Shown: positions 10,701-20,531, numbered from the stretch's first letter. The stretch is 37,714 nt of DNA from Bacteroidales bacterium (GCA_041641575.1 JBEPYD010000005.1:1-37714); one strand, 5' to 3'. Made by a program: numbers and translations. The notes: generated by a model from the sequence alone, not told the origin.

Positions 10701-10890
10701 AATTTCAGAACAAGAGATAAAAAAGATACTTGCCCCAAATTCACCTAAAATATCAGAGAAACTGCTTACACATGTATTATTCAAAATAAAGGAGAAAATT
10801 AAAGGACCTCTGAAGTACCTTATAAGAGGCAGACTCAGGAATTATATAAAAAAGGTGTATTACAATCGGGACTATTTTATTTTGTCCTGA
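7720..10890 (+). CDS. HAD phosphatase / phosphoribosyltransferase-like (putative ribofuranosyltransferase) fused to a TolB/oligogalacturonate-lyase-like beta-propeller
   Basis: HAD motifs SFDIFDTL, VSDMY, RKATGGLF, HIGDN. Middle domain has LVARDG and VVDS...Q. C-terminal propeller has WNFQLG, FNPDAS, SYHPNG and RPRWSPGG.YITFDSIHEG. Confidence 0.75.
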   Translation: MTLISQKIKEEINKSQLISFDIFDTLILRPYLKPSDMFIHIERLYGIKNFARKRKDAEIKARRKSTDDEISLDDIYEVMGGNYIRAKEIELEFEKTICQPNPEMVNIYNHAREAGKRIVFVSDMYLPEKIIVDILARAGYNNYEALYLSSTHKKRKATGGLFEVLMKEAGVKPEDILHIGDNKNNDYEQAIAKKIKAILYPKVIDRFMQEHGKMEALFRDNYDRRFHKDKLTFSIIVGINALVWIENLKDNYWKQFGALYAGPFLYFFTKWLYINARKNKIKNIALVARDGFNLIKIFKTFDKKEEFNAHYVYLPRHVSESANINSPADLEHFLKELGKTYETLLDFITEFTKEDLTLKEHWEDFKIHHKTLSHQDLKQFVTENQPAIIKISQNKKATVYQYLDNLKLFSSDLMVVDSSCTKARPQLLLKSIISQFGLNSTLLGYYYKVNRPNNSLVQNELRPEVDRKYQTDNWDMMEFFMSSPEKPIISIEKTGEAFFPVYKNIEDSDYEKYRIKASEMLSEGVMKFTEKAFSIFKDKEIIKDLDSIVAYVNNIINNPSLKDINHIKNLHHSVNNDNEYTPLILKDNHLHKDLKQIHAQRVEVERISPELENYFIGGSLSQIMNENETEHLAINVPFIDKLPTGKDEASICLIDEEGAVEKIGDIFQWNFQLGALLQFRPEHNNEIIFNAVSKNHNKYYGQKYNLKARQTTPFDLPVLNISINGKLALSVDVLKPFDTKNPWKHGSFKKDQISKKQGFICMLDLDTTETKKILSLEALLEKMADTTKIADFSSCWINKLSFNPDASRILLQLEIKDGESAGNRYTFTCDTKGENIYSMPHMISNIAWKNSKTVFVTSSNISGRSEQNYETLYELDDQTVDFRVVDKSFFTNKGNISYHPNGRYILYDAEALAGIPYRKLQLYDLEEQKGINLGLFYAEPQLFSGLKALRCEFRPRWSPGGKYITFDSIHEGFRGIYKISAKEAIAEINRNLETISEQEIKKILAPNSPKISEKLLTHVLFKIKEKIKGPLKYLIRGRLRNYIKKVYYNRDYFILS

Positions 10891-11097
10891 TACACCATTC
10901 TGATGTAAGTATGAACTTCCGTGGAAAATGTTCTGATAATTTTTCTGTAAATTTTATGTTCATTTCAGATAACTTAACAGCGCATTTCAGAACATTCATC
11001 AAATCCCTTTAAAGTATGATAAAGCAAAGTTATTTATATCCTTAGTTTTAGTTATCATTGCATCCAATCACAACCGTAAATAAATATTAAAAAGTAT

Positions 11098-12012
11098 ATG
11101 AACGATCCAAAAGTAACAGTAGTTATCCCCACTTATAACCGGTCTGATCTATTGCCTAGGGCTATAAAGAGCATTCAAAATCAGACCTATCAGAACTATG
11201 AGCTTCTTGTTGTTGATGATGCATCCACAGACAATACAGATGAGATTATGAATGAATTTGTTTCTGATAAAATTAAGTACATTAAACTGGATAAAAATGT
11301 AGGGCAATGCATAGCCAGAAATAAAGCTTCTGAGAAGGCTACAGGAGAATATATTGGTTTTTTGGATTCTGATGACGAATGGCTGCCGGAAAAAATCGAA
11401 AAACAAATTAAACTCTATCAAACTAGTAATCTCGAAAATATTGGCGCTATATATTGTGATTTTACTGAAATAGATGAAGTTAAAAATAAGACCTTCACTA
11501 TAAACTGGGATAAATTAAGAGGTAATATCTATGAAGATTTCTTAAAAGGATTTTGCCCTGCTAGCACTAGTAAGTTTCTTTTGAAAATGGAAGCCTTTAA
11601 AGAAGTAGGTGGTTTTAATGAGAAACTGATTACATTTGTTGATTATGATTTATGGTTGCGATTCTCAAAAGCCGGCTATACCTTTGATTATGTTGATGAG
11701 CCACTAATAATAAAATATGAACACCAGGGTGATCAAATGGCAAAGAACATAGAGAAAAGAACACTGGGATTGTCTCAGTTCCTTTCAATTTGGGGTGATG
11801 AAATAAAAAGGGTAGCAGGAGAAGATACATATCAAAGATTTAAGAAAGCCAAAATTGAAGTTTTAGTTAACTCAGTGGTAGAGAAATTCAATGATAATAA
11901 TCGAAAGAATATAATTAAATCCTTAAGATTGCTTTTAGGAGTAAAGTCAATAAACATAAAACTTTATACCAAAGTTTTGCTTTTGTTGATTTTTGGTAGG
12001 AGAGTATTCTAA
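11098..12012 (+). CDS. Glycosyltransferase family 2
   Basis: VVIPTYNR, VVDDASTD, FLDSDD, DYDLWLR. Confidence 0.95.
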   Translation: MNDPKVTVVIPTYNRSDLLPRAIKSIQNQTYQNYELLVVDDASTDNTDEIMNEFVSDKIKYIKLDKNVGQCIARNKASEKATGEYIGFLDSDDEWLPEKIEKQIKLYQTSNLENIGAIYCDFTEIDEVKNKTFTINWDKLRGNIYEDFLKGFCPASTSKFLLKMEAFKEVGGFNEKLITFVDYDLWLRFSKAGYTFDYVDEPLIIKYEHQGDQMAKNIEKRTLGLSQFLSIWGDEIKRVAGEDTYQRFKKAKIEVLVNSVVEKFNDNNRKNIIKSLRLLLGVKSINIKLYTKVLLLLIFGRRVF

Positions 12013-12063
12013 ATAATTATTTAGCTGCAGGATTAACGTTTATTAGAAAAAAAAATATTTTTG

Positions 12064-12963
12064 ATGCTATATCATTTAGCTTTTGCCACCGATAATATCT
12101 ACGCAGGTTATCTTACTGCAACTCTCCAAAGTATAAAACATAATTCTATACTTAATGTGCCAATAAAAATTCATATAGTACATTCTGAATTAGATGTTGA
12201 AATTATAAAAAGGTACGAAACAATTTTCAAAGGCACAAATGTTCAAATAAATGAAATCAAAATTGATATTGATGAATTTAGAGATTTTACAGTTAATTTC
12301 TATTTTACGTTAGCTGTTTATTTCCGCATAAAATTACCTGATTTAATACCTGATGCGGATAGAATAGTATATTTAGATTGTGATCTCATTGTACGGAAAT
12401 CCCTAAAGCCGCTTTTTGAGATTGACCTCGAAGGAAATGCCCTTGCTGCTGTGGAAAACCCCTTTTTTATGAGGCATAAAGAACTTCAAATGCCTGCGGG
12501 GGGTGCTTATTTAAATTCAGGTGTGCTGGTATTTGATGCCAAAAAGTTTCGTGAAGATAACATCAGTTCTGCCATCTTTGAGTTTGCAAAAGTGCGTAGG
12601 GATAGTCTTTTATATGTTGATCAGGATGCGTTTAATGGAACTTTATATAACAGCTGGCTGCAGTTGCCTGTAACATGGAATTTTCAAACTATCTTTTATA
12701 TAAAGTATAATGAGGGAGAGGCCATAAAGGAACTCTCAACGCATCAATACTTAAACGATCCTGCAATTGTTCATTTTACCACAAAGTCAAAACCATGGCA
12801 TTTTATGAACGATCATCCATTTAAAAATGAATTCGTTAAATATTATAAGGCAGCAGGATTCTCACTGAATTATCCCGACTATTCTTTCAGGAATTTTCTT
12901 AGAAAGTTCTATAATAAATATTTTAAAAGGAAAAAATATATTGATTATCGATATAATTTTTAA
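12064..12963 (+). CDS. Glycosyltransferase family 8
   Basis: YLDCDL, YLNSGV, DQDAFN, IVHF...KPW. Start is ATG 12064 or TTG 12061. Confidence 0.93.
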   Translation: MLYHLAFATDNIYAGYLTATLQSIKHNSILNVPIKIHIVHSELDVEIIKRYETIFKGTNVQINEIKIDIDEFRDFTVNFYFTLAVYFRIKLPDLIPDADRIVYLDCDLIVRKSLKPLFEIDLEGNALAAVENPFFMRHKELQMPAGGAYLNSGVLVFDAKKFREDNISSAIFEFAKVRRDSLLYVDQDAFNGTLYNSWLQLPVTWNFQTIFYIKYNEGEAIKELSTHQYLNDPAIVHFTTKSKPWHFMNDHPFKNEFVKYYKAAGFSLNYPDYSFRNFLRKFYNKYFKRKKYIDYRYNF

Positions 12964-13023
12964 AAAGTCTTTCTGGTTCAATGTATTTTCATTAATATAG
13001 AATGACTACACCAAATTTAATTT

Positions 13024-13031
13024 TATCTTTG
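13024..13031 (+). promoter_or_regulatory. Bacteroidota -7 element (TATCTTTG) upstream of wzy
   Basis: Exact TAnnTTTG(C) match 18 bp before the ATG. Confidence 0.5.
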
Positions 13032-13049
13032 CTTGAAATCATTTAGTTT

Positions 13050-14276
13050 ATGATTATTCGAGTTACCACCAGGGGTTTCTATTTTTATAGCATATTATTT
13101 ATTATCCTTGGTTATTACCAGTTCATAAAATTTTCAATGGTTCCGCGTCCTGCAAGGATTATAAGTGAGTTTGCAGCCATTGCGGTAATCATTCTGTTTC
13201 TACTTATCAAGCAAACATATTATAGTGAAAAAGAAGCTCCTAAGAATTTCGTTTTACCTATCAGTCTCTTTATCATTAGTATGTTACTATCCACAATTGT
13301 GACAAAATTTTATCATAATCAATCTTATTTACTTTCGGTTTGGATAAGTCGGGGAGTATTTTTTTATTTTTTATATTTTTTGCTACATGCTTTAAAATTT
13401 GAGAAAAGGCAGTTAGAAAAGATTATCATTAATCTGGGTTTAATTACAATTGGTTTATATTACGTACAAACTATTCTATATCCTTTGCAGTTGTTTGATG
13501 TCCGTATGTCAATCGATAGAGGTACATTACGACTTTTCATACCATCAATGGGCTTTACATTGCTAGCCTATTTTTATTATCTAAATAAATTTTTTAAAGA
13601 TAATAAGCCCATTGATATCATCATTGCCTTGCTTTGCTACAGTATTTTTATTTTGCAGGCCACCCGGCAATTAATTGCATCTTTGGCATTATTAACCATC
13701 ATCAATTTATTCAGATCGCGTCAGGTAAAATCACGATTTTTTCTAGTGCTGTTTATTTTAATAGGTATGGTCGCCATGTTTTTCATTTTTTTTGAATTAT
13801 TTATGGAAATGTTCGCTGTATCTCATGAACAAACATCTGGTAGCGATACGGAGAGTATTCGTGTGATGGCGGCAAGATATTTTTTAACTGAATTCTTTCC
13901 TTCAGATTTGGCATATATCCTTGGAAATGGGGAGGGGCATCAGGCAAGTCCCTATGGCATGAAACTGCTCGGCTTACAGTTAATCCAGGGATATTATCTT
14001 TCTGATATTGGATTAGTAGGTGATTATGTAAGATATGGGGCTATTTTTGTGTTGGCTGCTTTTATAATGTTGTATAGATTATTGACAATTAGAGTGGCCC
14101 CTGATTATGAGTATTTAAGGTATTATGTCTACCTGAAATTATTTACAATTGTTACTGGGAAAGGAATTTTTGGAGTGCCTGACCTGGTAATTATTCTTGT
14201 AGCATTTATGTTTGATTTGGGAAATCAAGAATATAAAAAATCCTTAGACGCTAAAAAAAGCGAAAACACAAATTAA
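13050..14276 (+). CDS. wzy: Putative polysaccharide polymerase (Wzy/O-antigen ligase-like)
   Basis: About 10 hydrophobic segments, a ATR motif after the central helices, a late hydrophilic loop (ESIR...LGNG...SDIG), and a locus that also has wzx, wza and wzc. Confidence 0.7.
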   Translation: MIIRVTTRGFYFYSILFIILGYYQFIKFSMVPRPARIISEFAAIAVIILFLLIKQTYYSEKEAPKNFVLPISLFIISMLLSTIVTKFYHNQSYLLSVWISRGVFFYFLYFLLHALKFEKRQLEKIIINLGLITIGLYYVQTILYPLQLFDVRMSIDRGTLRLFIPSMGFTLLAYFYYLNKFFKDNKPIDIIIALLCYSIFILQATRQLIASLALLTIINLFRSRQVKSRFFLVLFILIGMVAMFFIFFELFMEMFAVSHEQTSGSDTESIRVMAARYFLTEFFPSDLAYILGNGEGHQASPYGMKLLGLQLIQGYYLSDIGLVGDYVRYGAIFVLAAFIMLYRLLTIRVAPDYEYLRYYVYLKLFTIVTGKGIFGVPDLVIILVAFMFDLGNQEYKKSLDAKKSENTN

Positions 14277-14453
14277 TATTGCGCATAAATACTATATTTC
14301 TACCTACCTATAAAGTGGATTTGGACATTACTTATCGATGCTTATCATACCGAATAAACAATTTATCAAAACCCAACTAATTGAGCTATTTTACTAAATA
14401 ATTTATGTTTATTTTGTGATGATAATTTAATACTCCTTCAACCTAAAATATAG

Positions 14454-15914
14454 ATGATTTTTAATACATTCACTTTCGCTTTTTACTTATTTATTGTTTT
14501 TACAATATATTGGCTTTTAAAAAGACATTTAAATTATCAAAACATTTTCTTGTTAATTGCGAGTTATGTATTTTATGGCTGGTGGGATTGGCGTTTTCTT
14601 ACACTCATTATAATAAGTTCCATATCGGACTATTTATTAGGCTTACAAATTCATAAGTCAAAACAAATAAAAAAACGAAAATTATTCCTGGCAACGAGTA
14701 TTATTCTCAACTTAGGTATCCTTGCATTTTTTAAATATTTCAACTTTTTTGCAGATTCTTTCACGGAATTACTGCACGTTTTTAACATGGAGGCTGGCTA
14801 TACCACCTTAAACATTGTATTACCAGTAGGAATTAGCTTCTATACCTTTCAAACCCTTAGCTATACTATTGATATCTATAGAGGGAATTTAAAGCCTTCC
14901 AAAGATATTGTTTCGTTTTTTGCCTTTGTTAGTTTCTTTCCCCAATTAGTAGCAGGCCCTATAGAGCGAGCTGCACATCTATTGCCACAATTTATCAAGA
15001 AAAGAAGCTTTAGATTTGAAGATGCAAAAGATGGAATGAGACAAATGTTATGGGGATTTTTTAAAAAGATGATTATAGCTGATAATCTAGCAACTATAGC
15101 AGATGGTATATACAGCAATCCCTCCGCAATGAGTGGAGCTTCTCTTTTTCTCGGGCTCTGTATTTTTTCAATACAAATTTATGCAGATTTTTCTGGTTAT
15201 TCAGATATAGCTATAGGAGTATCAAGACTATTTGGGTTTGATCTTAAACGAAATTTTAGATATCCTTTATTTGCTAGAGATGTGGGTGAAAGATGGCGAA
15301 ACTGGCATATCTCATTATCTACATGGTTCAGGGATTATCTATATATTCCCCTTGGTGGGAGTAAACGGGGCAAATGGGGGCAAATACGAAATGTAATGAT
15401 TTTATTTACTGTAAGTGGCTTATGGCATGGTGCAAACTGGACCTTCGTAATTTGGGGTGTTTTAAATGGTTTATTCTTTGTTCCTGCTATGCTAACTGGT
15501 GTGAACAGAAAATATATGGGAGTGATTGCAGCAGATAGAATATTTCCCTCAATTAAAGAAACGGCTTTAATGATTAAAACTTTTCTATTAATTGCTTTTA
15601 CTTATGTTTTTTTCCGAGCTGAGAATCTTGCTCATTCTAGTGAATACCTTAGTGCAATGTTTCATAACCAGTTTTTTAGTAATACTTTAACAGAACTAAA
15701 ATCGATTGCAGATGGCTACAAATATCTTGGAATATATTTTCTATATGTTATATTGCTTTTAGTTTTTGAGTGGCAGGCGCGTAGTAAAAAGCATGCACTT
15801 GAAATATCTAATGTGCCAAAATTCTGGCGATGGTTCATTTATTATTTTCTGGTATTATCTATATTAACATTTGGAGCTTATAATAAACAGGCTTTTATTT
15901 ATTTTCAATTTTAA
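14454..15914 (+). CDS. MBOAT family O-acyltransferase (AlgI/DltB/PatA-like)
   Basis: LPVGISFYTFQ, FFPQLVAGPIER, DFSGYSD, WHISLSTWFRDYLYIPLGG, catalytic SGLWHGA, C-terminal FIYFQF. Confidence 0.95.
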   Translation: MIFNTFTFAFYLFIVFTIYWLLKRHLNYQNIFLLIASYVFYGWWDWRFLTLIIISSISDYLLGLQIHKSKQIKKRKLFLATSIILNLGILAFFKYFNFFADSFTELLHVFNMEAGYTTLNIVLPVGISFYTFQTLSYTIDIYRGNLKPSKDIVSFFAFVSFFPQLVAGPIERAAHLLPQFIKKRSFRFEDAKDGMRQMLWGFFKKMIIADNLATIADGIYSNPSAMSGASLFLGLCIFSIQIYADFSGYSDIAIGVSRLFGFDLKRNFRYPLFARDVGERWRNWHISLSTWFRDYLYIPLGGSKRGKWGQIRNVMILFTVSGLWHGANWTFVIWGVLNGLFFVPAMLTGVNRKYMGVIAADRIFPSIKETALMIKTFLLIAFTYVFFRAENLAHSSEYLSAMFHNQFFSNTLTELKSIADGYKYLGIYFLYVILLLVFEWQARSKKHALEISNVPKFWRWFIYYFLVLSILTFGAYNKQAFIYFQF

Positions 15915-15919
15915 AGCAA

Positions 15920-16954
15920 ATGAAAAAATTTTTAATTCACTTTTTTGTATTTGTAGGAATAGGAAGTGTGTTATACATCCTTCTTAGTTTATTCTCGATT
16001 AAGGCAAGTAAGGTTTATAAGGATGGAGCAGCTATTATCTGTGAAGCAAAACGTGAAGCAGTTAGGGATATGAAATTTGACATTGATACTACAAAGCCAA
16101 CCGTACTCTTTATGGGTAATAGTCTTATTTTAAGTGGGTTAATACCTGATGAATTTGATTCTCTTGTGTCTTATCAATATCAAAGTTTAAACCTGTCGTT
16201 ACCAGCACTACCCATCGGTCCGCATTATTTTGAGTTAAAAGATTATTTAGAACATGAAGTCCCAGATAAAATAATCCTATTGTTTAATACAAATGTTGAT
16301 AGCCTACCCAGTATGTTTGATTATTATGCCATACAAGGAATGCATGCATTGGAGGAACTTCCTTCCTACATGGTGCATCGAAATAATAAAACTTTCGCTC
16401 TGAACTTTCTTTTACCCTCACAGGTCTATGACGGAGCTATCCTTAAGTATCTTAAGAATTCTATCCTACATCCTGAGTTAATTGAAGAAAGAATTGAAGA
16501 TAATCAGGCTATTATAAATCAAATGATAGAATCACGAGGATTTTATTTTATTGAGCATGAGGCATTATTTCCGAATAATCAACTACCAGAGGAATATGAT
16601 TATGATCTTACACCTAAAGTGGAAAGACCATATGTCAAAAATCCGTTTTCAGATGCATACACTAAAAAGTTCTTTGACCTTACTATGAACTTGGATATTG
16701 AAGTTTTATTAATAGCTCCAATTGTAAGAAAAGGGAAATTTAAACAATACAAAACTATACCTTCTTCTTTGAAGCAAGTTATAAAAAAATATGACCATGT
16801 TAAAATTGCAAAGGGAGGGTGGAAATTGAAGTATCTCAGAAATAAGTATTTTAGTGATGAAAGACATCTAAATCGTTTAGGTGCAAGATTATACACGAGG
16901 TTTGTATCAAAAGAGTTTTTGGAAGTTTATGGATACGAATATAAAAAACGGTAA
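15920..16954 (+). CDS. SGNH-fold periplasmic acyltransferase partner (AlgJ/DltD/PatB-like)
   Basis: N-terminal membrane anchor, FMGNS nucleophile motif, C-terminal DERHLN (DxxH). Starts 5 bp after the MBOAT gene. Confidence 0.7.
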   Translation: MKKFLIHFFVFVGIGSVLYILLSLFSIKASKVYKDGAAIICEAKREAVRDMKFDIDTTKPTVLFMGNSLILSGLIPDEFDSLVSYQYQSLNLSLPALPIGPHYFELKDYLEHEVPDKIILLFNTNVDSLPSMFDYYAIQGMHALEELPSYMVHRNNKTFALNFLLPSQVYDGAILKYLKNSILHPELIEERIEDNQAIINQMIESRGFYFIEHEALFPNNQLPEEYDYDLTPKVERPYVKNPFSDAYTKKFFDLTMNLDIEVLLIAPIVRKGKFKQYKTIPSSLKQVIKKYDHVKIAKGGWKLKYLRNKYFSDERHLNRLGARLYTRFVSKEFLEVYGYEYKKR

Positions 16955-16962
16955 ATAAGCAT

Positions 16963-18396
16963 ATGAGCTTTAAAAAGGATTTTATTAAGAATGTCGCCAG
17001 ATTTGGCGGTTATACTTATTTTGTACAGTTTATTGAATTTGCCTCAACTATAATTTTATCCCGAATTATTAGTCCGGAAGAGTATGGTTTTGTTGCATTA
17101 ATTACTGTATTTAGTGGGTTTGTATTTGTCTTTACCGATGTTGGTATTATGCATGCTATCATTCGTAATGATTATGACGACCAGAAGCTCGGCCATTTTT
17201 TTAGTCTAACATTGTGGATTGGCATCTTCCTTTTTGCAATTTTTTCCCTTTTTGCATACCCAATTGCATTATTTTATAATGATATGCGACTTGTTCTTCC
17301 TTCTTTGGTGGTAGGTTTAACATTTATTACACAGTCAATTAATTATGTTCCAAATGCTATTGCTTCAAAAAATTTGAAATTTAATATAATTGGTGAAGCT
17401 AAGATCTTACAAACTGTTATTCAGATTATTATTATGATAATTCTTGCTCTTATGGGGTTCTCATATTGGTCACTCATTATTCCGATTGCTTTATCACCTT
17501 TTGTACAGTATATCTATTTTTATAATAAAATAAGTTTTGTTAGAAAATATCTGGGATTTAAAAGTGCTTGGATCCTATTGATAGAGATAAAGACATTGAT
17601 TGGAAGTATCACGCTTAGCAGTATTATTAATTACTGGACAAATAATGGTGACAACTTAGCAATTGGAAAAATATACGGTGATGCAGCATTAGGAAATTAC
17701 AATAGAGCATATCGTTTCATTTTTCTCGCCAAAAGGTTAATTAATAGTATTTTCGGCATAGTGCTTTTCCCGAGCTTAAAAAAATTAAAGGATAATAACG
17801 GGGATATTAATAAGGAGTTTCTTGCAATACTAGGGATTATTAGTATCGCAGGTTTTCCATTAGGTATTCTACTTATTCTTTTTGCTGAACCTTTGGTACT
17901 TATATTATGGGGAAATGATTGGACGGGCGTAATCAAATTTTTGCCATATATTGGAGTATTGATACTTGTGCAAACGATATTTGCAGCAACCCGGGATTTC
18001 TATGTGTTACAAAAAAAGGAGGGTGTTTTATTATATATTGCCATAATAAATGCAGCATTATATATCTCTGCAATTGTTACTGGAGCCTTTTTTTCTCCAC
18101 TACATATAATCCTTTTTATAACAATAGTGAACACCATTATGATACCCATTCAGGTTTATATAGGATTTTATAGGGCTTTAAAATTTAAATTTAAAGAACT
18201 AATAATATTTTGGGGGCCAAAATTTTTGGCTTCAGGATTATTTATTTACAGCATCTTTTATGATATTTATAAATTTCAAATTTTTATATCAATTATATAT
18301 TTAATTCATTTAGTTTTTGCTCAAAGAGGGGTAATCATGAAATTTTGGCAAATTATTTGGAATAAATTTAAAGTTATTAAGAATGATAAATTCTAA
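16963..18396 (+). CDS. wzx: Oligosaccharide flippase (WzxC-like)
   Basis: ILSRIISPEEYG, GFSYWSL, DNLAIGK...LGNYNRAY, many transmembrane segments. Confidence 0.9.
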   Translation: MSFKKDFIKNVARFGGYTYFVQFIEFASTIILSRIISPEEYGFVALITVFSGFVFVFTDVGIMHAIIRNDYDDQKLGHFFSLTLWIGIFLFAIFSLFAYPIALFYNDMRLVLPSLVVGLTFITQSINYVPNAIASKNLKFNIIGEAKILQTVIQIIIMIILALMGFSYWSLIIPIALSPFVQYIYFYNKISFVRKYLGFKSAWILLIEIKTLIGSITLSSIINYWTNNGDNLAIGKIYGDAALGNYNRAYRFIFLAKRLINSIFGIVLFPSLKKLKDNNGDINKEFLAILGIISIAGFPLGILLILFAEPLVLILWGNDWTGVIKFLPYIGVLILVQTIFAATRDFYVLQKKEGVLLYIAIINAALYISAIVTGAFFSPLHIILFITIVNTIMIPIQVYIGFYRALKFKFKELIIFWGPKFLASGLFIYSIFYDIYKFQIFISIIYLIHLVFAQRGVIMKFWQIIWNKFKVIKNDKF

Positions 18397-18657
18397 TCAA
18401 ATAGATGATTTAAATTATACAAGTTTACTATTATCCCACTTATACCATCAAAATGTTACAGCATCTTTTATTTTGTAGAAACAGACAAATGAGTTTAAAG
18501 TCTGGATACTTTCAGATTGCTCCGAGGGACCAAACCATTACAAAAATTTTTAATGATGTTGAAATGCGTTCCCATCATGAAAAAAAAACGTTCAAAATAT
18601 TTTCTGCACAATACCTACTTAAATATAGATTATTAAATCACAAAAATGTAATATGCT

Positions 18658-19416
18658 ATGTTAGAGACGATTAATTTATTGGATACAGAAATTCACAACC
18701 TAACTTATCAGGAGGCCATTGAAAAAACCGAGGAATTGATTGCTGATGAATCCGAATGTCATTCGGTAGTCACTCCAAATGTCGACCATTTGATAAAACT
18801 TAAAAAGGACGCTGAATTTCGTAAAGTATATAAAGATGCAAGCCTTATACTTGCTGACGGTATGCCACTTATTTGGGCAGCCAAATTCTTGAAAACTCCA
18901 TTAAAGGCGAAAATTTCAGGCTCCGATTTTTTTCCCGATTTCTGCAAGGTTGCCGCAAAAAAAGGGTATAAACTATTTTTTATGGGGGGTAGGAAAGGTG
19001 CAGCCGATGCTGCTGCATCCATTCTTAAGAATCGTTATCCCGGATTAAAGATAGTTGGCACGCACTGCCCGCCATATGGTTTTGAAAAAGATCGAGCTAA
19101 GAATGATCGGATAATCGAGATGGTTAGAGAAGCACAACCCGACGTGCTTTTTGTTGGACTGGGAGCGCCTAAGCAGGAAAAATGGATTTTCAGACATAAA
19201 GAAGCTTGTCAAGTGCCGGTCTCCATAGGTATAGGAGTTAGTTTCGAATTTGTCTCAGGCATGGTAAAACGGGCCCCACGCCTTTTTCAAAAAATTGGGC
19301 TTGAATGGTTTTGGCGTTTGGCTATGGAACCTAAAAGACTTTGGAGACGTTATATTGTTGAAGACTCAAAATTCTTTTCATTAGTGCTGAAGCAGAAAAG
19401 AAACCTGGAACAATAA
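18658..19416 (+). CDS. WecB/TagA/CpsF family glycosyltransferase (GT26)
   Basis: VTPNVDH, ADGMP, ISGSD, VGLGAPKQE, RAP...GLEWFWRL..EPKRLWRRY. Confidence 0.95.
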   Translation: MLETINLLDTEIHNLTYQEAIEKTEELIADESECHSVVTPNVDHLIKLKKDAEFRKVYKDASLILADGMPLIWAAKFLKTPLKAKISGSDFFPDFCKVAAKKGYKLFFMGGRKGAADAAASILKNRYPGLKIVGTHCPPYGFEKDRAKNDRIIEMVREAQPDVLFVGLGAPKQEKWIFRHKEACQVPVSIGIGVSFEFVSGMVKRAPRLFQKIGLEWFWRLAMEPKRLWRRYIVEDSKFFSLVLKQKRNLEQ

Positions 19417-19453
19417 ACGCATTTCCATTTAAGTACCAATAAAAAACTACCAT

Positions 19454-20095
19454 ATGAGCATTATTAACCTTTACAGAAAGTGCAGGGCTTCCAAGACAAA
19501 TTTTTTAGTGTTAATTATACGCGCTATTTATTACAAGCTTAGGGGTAAAAATATTTTGGCACATCAAAACACCCAAATAATAGGTCTACGTAACATAAAT
19601 ACCCATGGAAAGATTGAATTGGGCATTCGTTATACTGGATTTGCACATAATAATGATCGTACTTTCCTTAATATTAAAGGTGCGCTTGAGGTTCAGGGAA
19701 ATTTTTCATTTGGTCGTGGTTGCCGTATAGACATTGATGAAGGCGCTTCATTGATTATCAAAGGCGATGGTTATATAAATGCTTTTTCCAAGATTATTTT
19801 AGCCCATCACATGCAAATTGGTCAGGGATGTGTAATATCCTGGGATTGCCAATTTTTGGATGATGATTACCATACCATTGAATATGAAGGGAAAAAGGCC
19901 CCGCAAAGCTTTGACATTATTGTAGGCGATTATGTGTGGATTGGTTGTGGTGCTAAAATATACAAAGGTACGGTTATCCCTGATGGCTGCGTTGTAGCCT
20001 CTGACTCAGTTGTGCGTGGTATTTTCATTCAAAAAAATGCTTTGATTGCAGGTAATCCAGCAAAAGTCATAAAAGATAAAATATCCTGGCATTGA
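19454..20095 (+). CDS. Hexapeptide-repeat (LbH) O-acyltransferase
   Basis: IGQGCVIS, DDDYH, VGDYVWIG, GCVVASDSVV, AGNPAKVIK. Confidence 0.9.
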   Translation: MSIINLYRKCRASKTNFLVLIIRAIYYKLRGKNILAHQNTQIIGLRNINTHGKIELGIRYTGFAHNNDRTFLNIKGALEVQGNFSFGRGCRIDIDEGASLIIKGDGYINAFSKIILAHHMQIGQGCVISWDCQFLDDDYHTIEYEGKKAPQSFDIIVGDYVWIGCGAKIYKGTVIPDGCVVASDSVVRGIFIQKNALIAGNPAKVIKDKISWH

Positions 20096-20389
20096 TAGTG
20101 AAAACTCACATATGGATGCTCATAATAATGAAATTATTGATTAATAAATATTTATACCTTTGAAAAATTAAAATAAAATCAAGAAAATGATCGAACAATT
20201 GCCAACCAAGTCAGGAAAGCGCAGGTGATTTTATGCTTTTTAAAGTATAAGTTCATACGCTTATATTTCTAAGATGTAGTATATAGAGTTTAAAGGACTA
20301 TCAAAAGTAGATTCCCTGATATTGGATTTATGAAGAAAATAATAGGTTCGTCTAACTTGTTATAAAAACGAAGATTTAGTAAGATATGT

Positions 20390-20397
20390 TATATTTG
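20390..20397 (+). promoter_or_regulatory. Bacteroidota -7 element (TATATTTG) upstream of the four-gene GT block
   Basis: Exact TAnnTTTG(C) match in a 436-bp intergenic region. Confidence 0.5.
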
Positions 20398-20531
20398 CAT
20401 ATTCTATTATTGATGAATAAAACAAAATATGTTGATTTGTCTAAGATTGCTTTTAATGAATATAAAACGCGTTTAAACTGGAACGGCGCAATACAAAAGT
20501 TTCGCCAACAACTTAAAGAAGTTGCAGAATA

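Noticed and set aside
10927-10996. 10-bp inverted repeat AATGTTCTGA/TCAGAACATT and a CATTTCAGA direct repeat
   Set aside because: Long spacer, AT-rich, no T-tract and not seen elsewhere; too weak to call a terminator or invertible element.
12047-12055. A9 tract before GT8 (also T9 at 6822-30 and A10 at 37599-608) as phase-variation sites
   Set aside because: A-rich leaders are normal in Bacteroidota, the other tracts lie at extreme 3' ends, and no frameshifted gene is evident.
14331-14367. Phased TTATC repeats upstream of the MBOAT gene
   Set aside because: 5-mers in very AT-rich DNA are compatible with chance.
18453-18674. 73-aa ORF between wzx and the first WecB/TagA gene
   Set aside because: No motif or hydrophobic pattern, and it overlaps the next start. 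It is probably intergenic, although a gene remnant cannot be excluded.
20461-20531. Small hairpins in the GT2 leader (GGCG...CGCC; CAACTT-aaag-AAGTTG) as a riboswitch
   Set aside because: The stems are short and match no riboswitch consensus I can support; an Infernal/Rfam scan would settle it.
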